DNA from: Candidatus Eiseniibacteriota bacterium
Lineage (GTDB): Bacteria; Eisenbacteria; RBG-16-71-46
Direction: 5' to 3'
Assembly (NCBI GenBank): GCA_963725865.1
Contig: CAVSAC010000012.1
Location: forward strand, 288,001-352,000
DNA: 64,000 nt
The position numbers were made by a program, and so were the translations under genes. Under the pieces are notes generated by a model that was not told where the DNA came from, did no database searches, and saw only the letters and a list, made by a program, of their open reading frames with translations. Below, piece by piece: positions 21,429 through 31,609 of the stretch. Numbering within the stretch: position 1 is the first letter of the stretch; each line of letters begins with the position of its first letter.

Positions 21429-23399
21429 CTACGCGGTCGGCTCCCAGACTCGGATCGGCAGGATGATGGAGTGCAGGCCCCGGAACTGCAGGCGCCGCTG
21501 GATCGCGAATGCCGTCTCCTGGTGCAGGATGCGGGTGAACAGGTTCTCGCGCTGGAACACCAGCTGGCCGAGGAACACCGCGATGCCCCGGAACTCGCGC
21601 GCCAGGCCGGCGCACAACAGCTCGAGCTCCTCGACCGTGTCGGTGCCGAGCGCGTAGCGATATTCGGCATAGTACCCCATGTGGTTCGCCAGCCGGACGT
21701 ACTCCTGCAGGTCGTGCGCCACCTGTTCCTCGAGCGCGTGCATGCTGTCGGCGCCCTTGAAGCGTCCGGAGTCGACCACGCCGGCCGAGACGAACACGAC
21801 GTTCCTGAAGTGCCGCGGCAGCAGCCGCTGGACCGACAGCAGGGTGTGCACGCCGAGGCCGTCGTAGCGCCCGACGCACACGATCGCGGTGGGACCGTTC
21901 GGGGTCAGCGCGGGCTCGGGGACGGGCGCGTGAAACGGCAGATTCAGCAGCGTCTCGTCGAGCCCCTTCAGGATCCGCGCGACGTGGTCGTAGTGGCGCC
22001 GGATCATCACGCAACCGCCCGCGAACACGGTGGTCACGACCAGCGTGACCCAGCCACCCTCACCGAACTTCACCACCGAGGTGACGGCGAGGATCAGCGC
22101 CGTGACGCAGGTGCCGAGCGTGGCGATCGCCAGGCGCCGGCGCCAGTGGGCTTCGGTCGAGCGCACCTGCCACCAATGGCGGACCATGCCGGCCTGCGAG
22201 AGCGTGAACGTGATGAACACGTTGATCGAGTACATCAGCACCAGCAGGCGCAGGTTGCCCTTGCTGTAGGCGAGGATCGCGACGGTCGCGATGCCCATCA
22301 GCAGCACGCCGTTCTGGGTGACGAGGCGCTCCGAGAGGTACGCGAAGCGGCTCGGCACCCAGCGGTCCACCGCCATCACCGCGAGCGTGCGGGGTCCGTC
22401 GATGAACCCCGTCTGCGCCGCCACGAACAGCAGCGCGCCCTCGCTGACCAGCGTGATCACGACGATCGCGGGGCCGACGTCGACGCCCCCCAGGTGCCAA
22501 CCGCCGGTGAGCAGCGCCCACAGCGAGGCGTTCAGGGTGCGGCCGGGCTCGTGCACGACGCCGTTCAGCAGGTAGCAGAGCAGGATGCCGCCGGCCGTGA
22601 ACGAGAGCGAGGTGGCCATGTAGAGCATGGTGCGGTGCGCCGTTTTCACGCGCGGCTCACGCAGGATCTGCACGCCGTTGCTGACCGCCTCGATGCCGGT
22701 GAAGGTGCCGCCCCCGAGCGAGAACGCGCGCAGCAGGATCGCGAGCACGCCGAGCAGGCCCAGTTCGCCGACCGCCGCGCGGGTGTCGCCGACGGTGTCG
22801 ACGAGCAGGTGCCCGACCGCGGTGCCGTGCGAGAGCACCCCCCACACGATGAGCCCGACGTGGGTGAGCACGAAGGCCAGGAAGATCGGCACCAGGACGA
22901 GAATGGACTCGCGCACGCCGCGCAGGTTGAGCAGCGTGAGTGCCGCGATCACCACGAACTCGGTCTCGAGCTTGGCGCCCGCGAACTGCGGCAGCATCGA
23001 GAAGATCGCGTCGCAGCCGCCTGCGACCGACACCGCAACCGTCAGCATGTAGTCGATCACGAGCGCGCTGCCCGAGACCAGTCCGAGCCCTGGCGACAGC
23101 AGTCGCGTGGCCACCAGGTACCCGCCGCCGCCGCTCGGGAACAACTCGATGATCTGGCGGTACGAAGCCGAGATCAGGAACACCGTGAGCACCAGCGCGA
23201 ACGCCAGGTAGAGCGCGAGGTGGGTGTGGTGGCCGAGCGCGAGGAACGCCTCTTCGGGGCCGTACGACGAGGACGAGAGCCCGTCGGAGCCGAGCCCGAC
23301 CCACGCGAAGAACGCGATGAGCGCGAGCTGGTGGTAGATGTGCGGGTCCAGCACGTTTCGAGGTGCGCCGATCAGGGCGCCGCGCAGCCGCTTCAGCAT
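21429..23399 (-). CDS. APC-superfamily transporter, KimA/YdaO-like
   Basis: SDGLSSSSYGPEE, PSGGGGY, IDYMLTVAVS, TGIEAVSNG; about 12 TM segments plus a soluble C-terminal domain. Confidence 0.88.
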   Translation of the reverse strand: MLKRLRGALIGAPRNVLDPHIYHQLALIAFFAWVGLGSDGLSSSSYGPEEAFLALGHHTHLALYLAFALVLTVFLISASYRQIIELFPSGGGGYLVATRLLSPGLGLVSGSALVIDYMLTVAVSVAGGCDAIFSMLPQFAGAKLETEFVVIAALTLLNLRGVRESILVLVPIFLAFVLTHVGLIVWGVLSHGTAVGHLLVDTVGDTRAAVGELGLLGVLAILLRAFSLGGGTFTGIEAVSNGVQILREPRVKTAHRTMLYMATSLSFTAGGILLCYLLNGVVHEPGRTLNASLWALLTGGWHLGGVDVGPAIVVITLVSEGALLFVAAQTGFIDGPRTLAVMAVDRWVPSRFAYLSERLVTQNGVLLMGIATVAILAYSKGNLRLLVLMYSINVFITFTLSQAGMVRHWWQVRSTEAHWRRRLAIATLGTCVTALILAVTSVVKFGEGGWVTLVVTTVFAGGCVMIRRHYDHVARILKGLDETLLNLPFHAPVPEPALTPNGPTAIVCVGRYDGLGVHTLLSVQRLLPRHFRNVVFVSAGVVDSGRFKGADSMHALEEQVAHDLQEYVRLANHMGYYAEYRYALGTDTVEELELLCAGLAREFRGIAVFLGQLVFQRENLFTRILHQETAFAIQRRLQFRGLHSIILPIRVWEPTA

Positions 23400-23412
23400 G
23401 AGCCCGTCCGCC

Positions 23413-25413
23413 TCACGCGGCGGAGTTCCGCTCCCAGACGCGGATCGGCAGGATGATCACCTGCACGCCAGCGAACTGGAGGCGCCGCTGGATTGAGAAA
23501 GCGGTCTCGTGGTGCAGCGTGCGCGTGAACAGGCTCTCGCGCTGGAACACGAGCTGGCCCGCGAACACCACCGGGCGCCGGAATTCCTTGATGAGGTCCA
23601 TGCACATGTGCTCGAGCTCCTCGATGAGGTCGGTCCCGAGCGTGTAGCGGTACTCCGCGTAATAGCCCATGCGCTGCGCGAGGTTCACGTAGCGCTCGAG
23701 ATCGGCGCGCACCTTCTGCTCGAGCGCGTCCATGTCCGCGGTGCCCTTGAACTGGCCGGAGTCGACCAATCCCGCCGAGCAGAACACGAAGTTCTTGAAA
23801 TGCCGAGGGAACATCCGCTGGACCGACAGCAGCGTGTGGATCCCGAGACCCGCGTAGGACTCCACCAGCACGATGGCCGTGGGACCATCCGGCGCCAGGT
23901 CGGGCATCGTCTTGGGCTCGGGCAGCGGCAGGTTCGTGAGCACCTCGTCGAGCGAGGAGAGCATCGCCCGCACGCGGTGGTAGTGACGGCGGACGACGAA
24001 GCAGAACGCGATCAGGCCCGCGGTCGCGACCAGCGTGACCCAGCCGCCCTCGCCGAACTTGACGACCGCGGTGACCACCAGGATGCCGCCGGTCACCGAC
24101 GTACCGAGGCTCGCGACGAACATGCGCGCGCGCCAGTGCTCCAGCGTGTGCCGCTCGTTCCACCAATGCCGCACCATCCCGAGCTGCGACAGGGTGAAGG
24201 TCATGAACACGTTGATCGAGTACATGACCACCAGCAGCCGCACCGCGCCGCGGGTGTAGAGCAGCACCAGCCCGGCCGCCATGCCCATCGCGAGGATGCC
24301 GTTCTGCGTGACGAGGCGCTCGGACAGGTGCGCCATGCGCTTGGGCACCCAGTGGTCCACCGCCATCGCGGCCAGCGTACGCGGGCCGGCGAGGAAGCCG
24401 GTCTGCGCAGCGACGAACAGCAGCGCGCCCTCGCTCAGCAGCGTGAGCACCACCACCAGGGGGCCGAAGTGGATGCCGCCGAGCTGCCACCCGTCGGTGA
24501 GGATCCCCCACAGGGCGGCGTTGAGCGTCTTGCCGGGAACGTGCGTGACGCCGTTGAGCAGGTAGCAGAGCAGGATGCCGCCGGCGGTGAACGAGAGCGA
24601 CATCGCCATGTAGAACATGGTGCGCTTGCCGGTCTCGACCCGCGGCTCGCGCAGGATGTCGGTGCTGTTGCTGACCGCCTCGATGCCCGTGAACGTGCCG
24701 CCGCCGAGCGAGAACGCGCGCAGGAACACGAACAGCACCCCCCACACGCCCAGATCGCGCACCGCCATCTGGGTGTCGCGCGCAGTGTCCGCGACCAGGT
24801 GGGGCAGCGCGGCCGAGTGTCCGAGGATGCCCTGCAGGATCAGCACCACGTGGGTGATCAGGAACGCGACGAAGATCGGCAACAGGATCTGCACGGACTC
24901 TTTCACGCCGCGCAGATTGAGCGACGTGAGTCCCACGATGATCACCAGCTCGACGGGGAGCTTGGTCGAGATGAGGGCCGGCGGCAGGAATGAGAAGATC
25001 GCATCGCAGCCGGATGCCACCGAGATGGAGATCGTGAGCACGTAGTCGACGACCAGCGCCGAGCCCGAAACCACGCCCGGGTAGGTGCCGAGCAGCTTGG
25101 TGGCCACCAGGTAGCCGCCGCCTCCGCTCGGGAACAGCTCGATGATCTGGCCGTAGGAGGCCGAGATCAGGAAGATGGTGCCGACCGTCGCCAGCGCCAG
25201 GTACAGCGCCAGGTGCTGGTGCGAACCGAGGTGGAGGAACGCCTCCTCGGGACCGTAGGACGAGGAGGAAAGCCCGTCCGAGCCCAGGCCGACCCACGCG
25301 AAGAACGCGATGAGAGCCAGGGTGTGGTGGATGTGCGGGTCGAGGAGATTCTTGGGACGCCCGATGAGGAGTTCCCGCAGCGCGGCCAGGGCGTCCCACA
25401 ATCGTTCAAGCAC
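23413..25413 (-). CDS. APC-superfamily transporter, KimA/YdaO-like (tandem paralogue)
   Basis: Same motifs; colinear with the neighbouring gene over its full length. Confidence 0.88.
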   Translation of the reverse strand: MLERLWDALAALRELLIGRPKNLLDPHIHHTLALIAFFAWVGLGSDGLSSSSYGPEEAFLHLGSHQHLALYLALATVGTIFLISASYGQIIELFPSGGGGYLVATKLLGTYPGVVSGSALVVDYVLTISISVASGCDAIFSFLPPALISTKLPVELVIIVGLTSLNLRGVKESVQILLPIFVAFLITHVVLILQGILGHSAALPHLVADTARDTQMAVRDLGVWGVLFVFLRAFSLGGGTFTGIEAVSNSTDILREPRVETGKRTMFYMAMSLSFTAGGILLCYLLNGVTHVPGKTLNAALWGILTDGWQLGGIHFGPLVVVLTLLSEGALLFVAAQTGFLAGPRTLAAMAVDHWVPKRMAHLSERLVTQNGILAMGMAAGLVLLYTRGAVRLLVVMYSINVFMTFTLSQLGMVRHWWNERHTLEHWRARMFVASLGTSVTGGILVVTAVVKFGEGGWVTLVATAGLIAFCFVVRRHYHRVRAMLSSLDEVLTNLPLPEPKTMPDLAPDGPTAIVLVESYAGLGIHTLLSVQRMFPRHFKNFVFCSAGLVDSGQFKGTADMDALEQKVRADLERYVNLAQRMGYYAEYRYTLGTDLIEELEHMCMDLIKEFRRPVVFAGQLVFQRESLFTRTLHHETAFSIQRRLQFAGVQVIILPIRVWERNSAA

Positions 25414-25481
25414 CGAGGGAATCTAGGGACTTGCCCGGGGTGAAGCAAGGCCCCTACCGTAGCCCTGTGCGCTCGTTCCAG

Positions 25482-27074
25482 ATGCTCTCGGTGTCGCTGG
25501 TCGCGGTGCTGTCCCTGGTGGCGGCGGGCGATGGCCCACGGCCGGCCGGCCGCGTGGTCGCCGGTTCGGCGGCAGCGAACGCCGTCCCCCCGAGCGGCCC
25601 CGGATTCCCGGCGTTCACGCTGTTCGGCTGGGTGAGCCCGCCCGCCGATTCCACGAACGCCCGGCGCATGGACGAGCTGGTGGCCGCCGGCATGACGCTG
25701 GTGCTCCCGTCGTTCAGCGACACTGCCGTCGAGGGGCGCACGGCCGACAATCTCGCGCGCCTCGACCTGCTGGCGCCGCGAGGCCTGCGCGCGATCGTGT
25801 GGGACGAAGGCTTCGCCGGGCTCTACCACCTCGATCCACGCTCGCCGGCCGGGCGCGCGCTCATCGACACGGTGGTGGCGCGCTACGCCGGCCGCGCCGA
25901 GGTGCTCGGCTGGTACCTCGGCGACGAGCCCGGCGCCGCGCTGTTCGACCTGCTCGGTGGCGTCCACGAGGTGCTGCGCGAGCGCGACCCCCAGCGCATC
26001 GCGTGGAACAACCTGCTCGGCCGCCAGGCGTTCGCGACGCGCGACGACTGGCTCGCCTACCTGCGCGAGTACGTGGCGCGGGTGCGGCCCCGCGTGCTGT
26101 GCGACGACCACTACGACTTCGAGGACTCCGGCGACCACGGCCAGTTCGTGGAGAACGCAGCCGGCCTCGCCGCGGTCGCACGGGAGAGCGGGCTGCCGTT
26201 CTGGTCGATCGTGCTGGTGACGCCGCACCTGAGCTATCGCCAGGTCACGCCGGGCCTGCTCGCCTGGCAGGCCGCGCACCTGCTGGCGCACGGCGCGCGG
26301 GGCATCGGGTTCTTCACCTACTGGTCGCCCGCGCCCGATCCGGTCACGCAGTGGGGCGACGGCCTGATCGCGCGCGACGGATCGCTCGGTCCGCTCTACG
26401 CCCCGCTCGCCGCCCTCGCGCCGCGGCTGCGGGCGGCGGGCGAGACGCTCGCAGCCGCGACGTGGCTCGCCACCGAGTACGCGGGCTCCTGCCCAGTGGG
26501 GGGCACCCGGTTCGCCGCCGACGACTGGATCCTGGCGGTCGACGGCCGCGCGGCGCTCGGTCAGTTCGCCGCCGCGGACGGCGCGCGGCTGGTGCTGGTC
26601 GCGAACAGCGACTCCGCGAGCGCGCAGACGCTCGCACTCACGCTGCCGCACGCGCGCAGCGTGGAGCAATGCGGCGCCACGGCGGACGAGTGGAGCGCGG
26701 TGCCCGGCGCGCCCGGCGACGGCGGCGCGCGCGTGACGCTCGCGCTCGCGCCCGGCGACTTCGCGCTGCTGCGGATCCGCGGCGACTTCGGAGCGTTGCG
26801 TGCGGGCGCGGGCCCGGCGCTGCGCGTGTGGCCGAGCCCCGCGCGCGGTGCGGTGCGCCTGAGCTACCAGGGACTCGCCACGGGCGCCGGGCTGGAGGTG
26901 CTCGATGCGGGCGGCCGGCGCGTGTGGCGCGCGCGTCCCGCGGCCGGCGCCGGCGTGGTGACGTGGGACGGCGCGCGCGAGTCCGGCGGGCGCGTGCCGC
27001 CGGGCATCTACTTCGCGCGCCTCGAGGACGCGCGCGGCGTGGCGGCGGTGCGCATCGCGTGGCTGGGCCGGTGA
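25482..27074 (+). CDS. Secreted glycoside-hydrolase-like protein with FlgD/T9SS-like tail
   Basis: Signal peptide; GWYLGDEP, DHY and HGARGIGFFTYW (GH-A clan-like); tail WPSPARG...WDG...PGIYF. Confidence 0.7.
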   Translation: MLSVSLVAVLSLVAAGDGPRPAGRVVAGSAAANAVPPSGPGFPAFTLFGWVSPPADSTNARRMDELVAAGMTLVLPSFSDTAVEGRTADNLARLDLLAPRGLRAIVWDEGFAGLYHLDPRSPAGRALIDTVVARYAGRAEVLGWYLGDEPGAALFDLLGGVHEVLRERDPQRIAWNNLLGRQAFATRDDWLAYLREYVARVRPRVLCDDHYDFEDSGDHGQFVENAAGLAAVARESGLPFWSIVLVTPHLSYRQVTPGLLAWQAAHLLAHGARGIGFFTYWSPAPDPVTQWGDGLIARDGSLGPLYAPLAALAPRLRAAGETLAAATWLATEYAGSCPVGGTRFAADDWILAVDGRAALGQFAAADGARLVLVANSDSASAQTLALTLPHARSVEQCGATADEWSAVPGAPGDGGARVTLALAPGDFALLRIRGDFGALRAGAGPALRVWPSPARGAVRLSYQGLATGAGLEVLDAGGRRVWRARPAAGAGVVTWDGARESGGRVPPGIYFARLEDARGVAAVRIAWLGR

Positions 27075-27766
27075 AGGTGCCCGCGCGCCCGCGCACGCTC
27101 GCAGTACTCACGCGCGCCATCGTGGCGTGCGAGCGCTGCCCGCGCCTGCGCACGCACTGCGAGCGCGTCGCGCGCGAGAAGAAGCGCGAGTTCCGCGATC
27201 AGGTGTACTGGGGCCGGCCGGTGCCCGGCTTCGGCGACGCCCGCGCGCGGCTGCTGGTCGTGGGGCTGGCGCCGGCGGCGCACGGCGGCAACCGCACCGG
27301 CCGCGTGTTCACCGGCGACTCGAGCGGCGACTGGCTGTACGAGGCGCTCCATCGCTTCGGCTTCGCGAACCAGCCGCGGAGCATCGACCGCGACGACGGC
27401 CTGCGGTTGACCGGCGCCTACGTCACCGCCGCCGGCCGCTGTGCGCCGCCCGACAACAAGCCCACGCGCGAGGAGCTGGAGCGCTGCCGGCCGTTCCTCG
27501 CCGCCGAGTTCGCGCTGCTCGATCGCGTGCGCGTGGTGATCGCACTCGGCGCGATCGGGCACGAGGCCTGGCTGCGCGCGTCCGGCTGGTGGGAGCGCCT
27601 GGGGGCCCGCGAGCGCCCGCGCTTCGCGCACGGCGCGGAGACCGCGCTTGGAGGCATGACGCTGCTCGCCTCGTACCACCCGAGCCGCCAGAACACCAAC
27701 ACCGGCCGGCTCACACGGCCGATGTGGTACGCGGTCTTCCGGCGCGCGCGGGCGCTGGTGGACTGA
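27071..27766 (+). CDS. udgB: Uracil-DNA glycosylase family 5 (Fe-S)
   Basis: CERCPRL, GLAPAAHGGNRTGRVFTGD, RCAPPDNKP, YHPSRQN; GTGA overlap with the upstream gene. Confidence 0.9.
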   Translation: MKVPARPRTLAVLTRAIVACERCPRLRTHCERVAREKKREFRDQVYWGRPVPGFGDARARLLVVGLAPAAHGGNRTGRVFTGDSSGDWLYEALHRFGFANQPRSIDRDDGLRLTGAYVTAAGRCAPPDNKPTREELERCRPFLAAEFALLDRVRVVIALGAIGHEAWLRASGWWERLGARERPRFAHGAETALGGMTLLASYHPSRQNTNTGRLTRPMWYAVFRRARALVD

Positions 27767-27874
27767 GCGAGCGATGTCCCGGAATCGCCCGTGGGCGCGA
27801 ACTGCGCGCCGCTGGCGATCCCGCGGGTGGCGCTCCGCCGCCGATGCCGCGATCGGCGCGGCTCGCCCCGCCCG

Positions 27875-28336
27875 CTACTCGAAGTAGCCCTCCATCAGCC
27901 GCGCGATCCAATCGGGCACTCGCGCGTCGTCGCGGCGGTCGAACGCCGGGACGTAGGGCTTGAGGTCCAGCACCGGCGTGCCGTCCACCGCGTCGAGCCC
28001 GCGCACCACCACGCGCCCCGGCTCCACGCGCACGATCCGGGTGGCGGTGACGCCGATCGGATTCGGCCGGCTGCGCCCGCGCTGGGCGAACACGCCGAGC
28101 ATCGGCATGTCGTCGCGCCCGCGCGGCCGCCGCTGGATGCGCACCAGCTCGCCGGTGTCGCGGTGCATGAAGAACACCACCAGCACGTGCGAGAACTCCG
28201 CGAGCCCGGCCACCCCTTCCACGAACTCCTCGCCCAGCTCGATCACCGACTCCACTCCGCCCCAGCCAAAATCGTCGCCCACGTCGTGCCGCTCGTTGCG
28301 CACGGTCCCGATCACCTTCAACGAGATCGCATCCAT
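27875..28336 (-). CDS. trmO: TrmO/TsaA-like SAM-binding tRNA methyltransferase domain protein
   Basis: GVFAQR..RPNPIG and GLDAVDGTPVLDLKPY. Confidence 0.85.
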   Translation of the reverse strand: MDAISLKVIGTVRNERHDVGDDFGWGGVESVIELGEEFVEGVAGLAEFSHVLVVFFMHRDTGELVRIQRRPRGRDDMPMLGVFAQRGRSRPNPIGVTATRIVRVEPGRVVVRGLDAVDGTPVLDLKPYVPAFDRRDDARVPDWIARLMEGYFE

Positions 28337-28489
28337 GTCGCGCAGCGTAGCACCCACGCAGCGCACGTGCCTCGCGAGCGCGCAGCCATCGCGTGGCGCC
28401 CACTCGGGGGCGCTCGACGTCCACCCGTCGTGGGAGTACCGTCTTTCGCAGTCGATCGCTGCTGGATTCCACGGATCGAAGGTCGCCGC

Positions 28490-31216
28490 ATGCTACGTCG
28501 CCAAGCTCGCTGGGCAGGCTGGCTCGCGCTCACAGCCGCCGCGCTGCAATGCCCCGTCCAATGGGCGGCCGCCACCCCGAGGTATCCGAGCTGCCCGGAC
28601 TTCCCGGGGCCGCAGTCGATCGTGCAACCGGTCCCGAACGACGCCCGCTCACGAATGCTCGATTCGTTGGAGCGCGCGGCATCCCCTGTGTCCGGACTCG
28701 GGGCGGCGAGCGCGGGCGATGAGAACTGGACCCCCATCAACCTCGTCGGATACAGCGCCGCGAGCCTGATCGTGGACAGCCGCCGCGACCGCCTCATTGC
28801 CTACGCGGGCGAGAATGGATCGACTCAGTTCTCCGGGTCGGCGTGGACGAGGCCCCTGTCGGACGAAGGCGCCTGGACGCTCATCGATGCACAGGGACCG
28901 GGCCCGGTCGGGCGGATGGATCACGCCGCGGTCTACGATCCGGTGCGGGATCGCATGCTCGTCTATGCGGGATGGTCCTACGAGCCCGTTTCCGCAAGTG
29001 CGGTTTGGGCCCTCGAGCTCAGCGGAACGCCGCGCTGGTCGCAGCTCACGCCCGCTGGCTCGGGGCCGGGCTACCGCGTCGGCACGCACGCCGCATACGA
29101 TCCCGCGGGGGATCGCATGATCGTGTTCGGCGGACATGCCGTCGATCGGGTCGCCGAGGACTCGTCGCTCTGGGCGCTCAACCTCTCAGGCACTCCGTCG
29201 TGGGAGAAGCTCTCGCCGACCGGGGTGATCCCGCCGCCGCGTGAGGACGGTGTGCTGTTCCCGGATCCGCGGCGTCATCGGATGATCCTGTTCGGCGGTT
29301 GCCCCGGGTATTTCGGACTCGGGGCATTGAACGACGTCTGGGAGTTGTCGCTCGGGGACTCCGTGGCGTGGCGGCGACTGACGCCAGGTGGCGAGATCGT
29401 CCCGGGGCGCCGCGAGTTCGCCGCGGCGTACGATCCTGTCGGCGACCAGCTGCTCGTGTTCTCGGGACGCGACAGTTCGAGGAACGACCCGCCACAGCCC
29501 GAGGCGTGGGCGCTCCGCTTCCGCGACTCACTCGCGTGGGTCCGGATCGTCGCGCCCGATCCGGTTCCCGGCCCGCGCTACTTCTCACGCGCCACGTTCG
29601 ATTCGTCACGGAATCGGATGGTGCTCTTTGGCGGAGCGGGGGCCGGGGACGAGACCTGGGTCCTGTCACTTGCGGACGGTCCTGCGTGGACACGGCTCGA
29701 GGCGGGCGATCCCGATCCTGCGGTCGCACGCTACCTTCTGTCCGCAGTCTGCGACTCGTCGCGACGGCGCATCCTCGTCTACGGTGGCGAGTCCATGTAC
29801 ACGCGCACCATCGAGTACGAGTACACCACCTATGCCGACCTGTGGAGCCTGAGCCTCGAGCCGCACCCGCGCTGGGAGCGGTTGGCCCGCGACTCGGCGC
29901 CGGCGGCGCGCCACGGACACAGCGCCGTCATCGATCCGGTCGGGGATCGCATGATCGTGTTCGGCGGCAGCGGCTACCCCGGACCTCCCACCGTCGCGGG
30001 GCTCTGGCAACTCCCGCTCGCTCCCGGACAGCCGTGGAGCCTCCTCGGGGCCGACGGCATGCCGCCCGACGATCGCTACTTGCACTCCGCCATCTACGAT
30101 TCCCGGCGCCACCGCATGATCATTCACGGTGGCGTGAGCGCGGCGGGTATCCGTGATGACACCTGGGCGCTGGAGTTGGAGGGTCGGCCCAGCTGGACGC
30201 GGCTGGCGCCGCTCGGGGACTGGCCTTCCGCGCGCTGGGGCCACAGTGCGGTGTACGACCCGGTGGGCGATCGCATGATCGTCTTCGGGGGTTCGACCGC
30301 GACGTCCGCCACGAACGAGACGTGGCAGCTCACGTTCGATCCAGAGCCCCGTTGGTCGCCGTTCGCGAGCGCGGAGCTCCCGTCCCCCCGACGGATGGCG
30401 GCCATGGTGTATGACGCGCTGAGGCAGCGCGTCGTGATGTTCGGCGGCCAGGCCGCGAACACGGGTTCGCTCGCAGACACGTGGATACTCCCGCTCGGGG
30501 ACAGCACGGGTTGGAGGCCGGCGACCTACTCCGCCGGAATTCCGAACGCACGCTGGGGAGCGGCCGCGGTATACGACGATCGCAAGGATCGCGTCGTCCT
30601 CCTCGGCGGTGCTCGCAATGCCTGCGGCGACGGCATGCTCAGTCCCTGGACGATGACGTCTGCCGTGCCCGTGGTGACCGCGCTCACGCTGGCGGCGGTG
30701 GAGTCGCACCCGTGGCACGTGGTTCTCACCTGGCGTGCGCCCATCGGGAGTGAATTCGCGGCCGCTGTGGAGCGACGCACGGCTTCCACCGACTGGACGT
30801 ATGTCGCCACCCTTCATCCCGACGCGTCCGGGACGCTCCGCTTCGAGGACGAGACCGCGCAGCCTGCAAGTCAGTATGCCTATCGACTTGCGTGGACCAC
30901 GGCGGGGACGGCGTACACCTCGTCCGAGACGTGGGTCACCGTCCCGCCGCTTCGGCTCGCGCTCGTCGGCGCGGCTCCCAACCCATCGCCGCGCGGACTC
31001 GCGATCGCATTCTCGTTGCCGGACGCCGCGCCGGCGCGGCTCGAGGTCTTCGACCTGTTCGGGCGGCGCGTGGCCGCGCGCGACGTAGGAACGCTGGGAG
31101 CGGGGGATCATGTCCTCGGGCTCGACGCGTCGAAGTCGCTCCGATCGGGCATCTACCTGATCCGGCTCCAACGCGGCAGCACGTCCCTGACGACGCGAGC
31201 CTGCGTGATCCGGTAG
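28490..31216 (+). CDS. Kelch-repeat secreted protein with Ig + FlgD/T9SS-like tail
   Basis: About 12 repeats of R.GH.A.YDP..DRMIVFGG...W.L; tail GAAPNP...FDLFGRR...SGIYL. Confidence 0.9.
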   Translation: MLRRQARWAGWLALTAAALQCPVQWAAATPRYPSCPDFPGPQSIVQPVPNDARSRMLDSLERAASPVSGLGAASAGDENWTPINLVGYSAASLIVDSRRDRLIAYAGENGSTQFSGSAWTRPLSDEGAWTLIDAQGPGPVGRMDHAAVYDPVRDRMLVYAGWSYEPVSASAVWALELSGTPRWSQLTPAGSGPGYRVGTHAAYDPAGDRMIVFGGHAVDRVAEDSSLWALNLSGTPSWEKLSPTGVIPPPREDGVLFPDPRRHRMILFGGCPGYFGLGALNDVWELSLGDSVAWRRLTPGGEIVPGRREFAAAYDPVGDQLLVFSGRDSSRNDPPQPEAWALRFRDSLAWVRIVAPDPVPGPRYFSRATFDSSRNRMVLFGGAGAGDETWVLSLADGPAWTRLEAGDPDPAVARYLLSAVCDSSRRRILVYGGESMYTRTIEYEYTTYADLWSLSLEPHPRWERLARDSAPAARHGHSAVIDPVGDRMIVFGGSGYPGPPTVAGLWQLPLAPGQPWSLLGADGMPPDDRYLHSAIYDSRRHRMIIHGGVSAAGIRDDTWALELEGRPSWTRLAPLGDWPSARWGHSAVYDPVGDRMIVFGGSTATSATNETWQLTFDPEPRWSPFASAELPSPRRMAAMVYDALRQRVVMFGGQAANTGSLADTWILPLGDSTGWRPATYSAGIPNARWGAAAVYDDRKDRVVLLGGARNACGDGMLSPWTMTSAVPVVTALTLAAVESHPWHVVLTWRAPIGSEFAAAVERRTASTDWTYVATLHPDASGTLRFEDETAQPASQYAYRLAWTTAGTAYTSSETWVTVPPLRLALVGAAPNPSPRGLAIAFSLPDAAPARLEVFDLFGRRVAARDVGTLGAGDHVLGLDASKSLRSGIYLIRLQRGSTSLTTRACVIR

Positions 31217-31288
31217 CCGCTGCGCAGCGCCGCCGCGGGCCACGCGAAGTCGTGGCGCGGGCCACGCGACGGGTTCACAACTGTGCCC

Positions 31289-31317
31289 TTGACGCATCGC
31301 GCCGCGTGAAGCATGTT
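31289..31317 (+). promoter_or_regulatory. Sigma-70-type promoter of the B12 operon
   Basis: TTGACG-N17-CATGTT immediately upstream of the riboswitch. Confidence 0.55.
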
Positions 31318-31328
31318 GCGCGCGACAT

Positions 31329-31489
31329 CTTCCGGGTGCCCGCACGTCGTGGGTTGAAAGGGAAGAGGGGTGAAAGTCCCCCACGGTCCCGCCACTGTGA
31401 AGGCCCCCAGGATCCTCAGCACGCCACTGGCCCATCGGCTGGGAAGGCGGGGATCCGCACGGTCCTGAGTCAGGAAACCTGCCCGGAAG
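31329..31489 (+). ncRNA. Cobalamin riboswitch
   Basis: Hallmark elements aaagggaa, ggtgaaagtcc, cccgccactgtg, gccactgg...gggaagg and B12 box agtcaggaaacctgcc. P1 pairs cttccggg/cccggaag. Sits upstream of a TonB receptor. Confidence 0.93.
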
Positions 31490-31609
31490 CCATGCCCGCA
31501 CGCTCCGCGAGAGAGCGTCCCGGGTGCGCACGGCGTCCGCTGCGGGCCCGGCCTCCCGAGATCCTCTCTCGCGAAGCCGGGCCTTCTCGATCGAAGCGCG
31601 AAAGACGCC

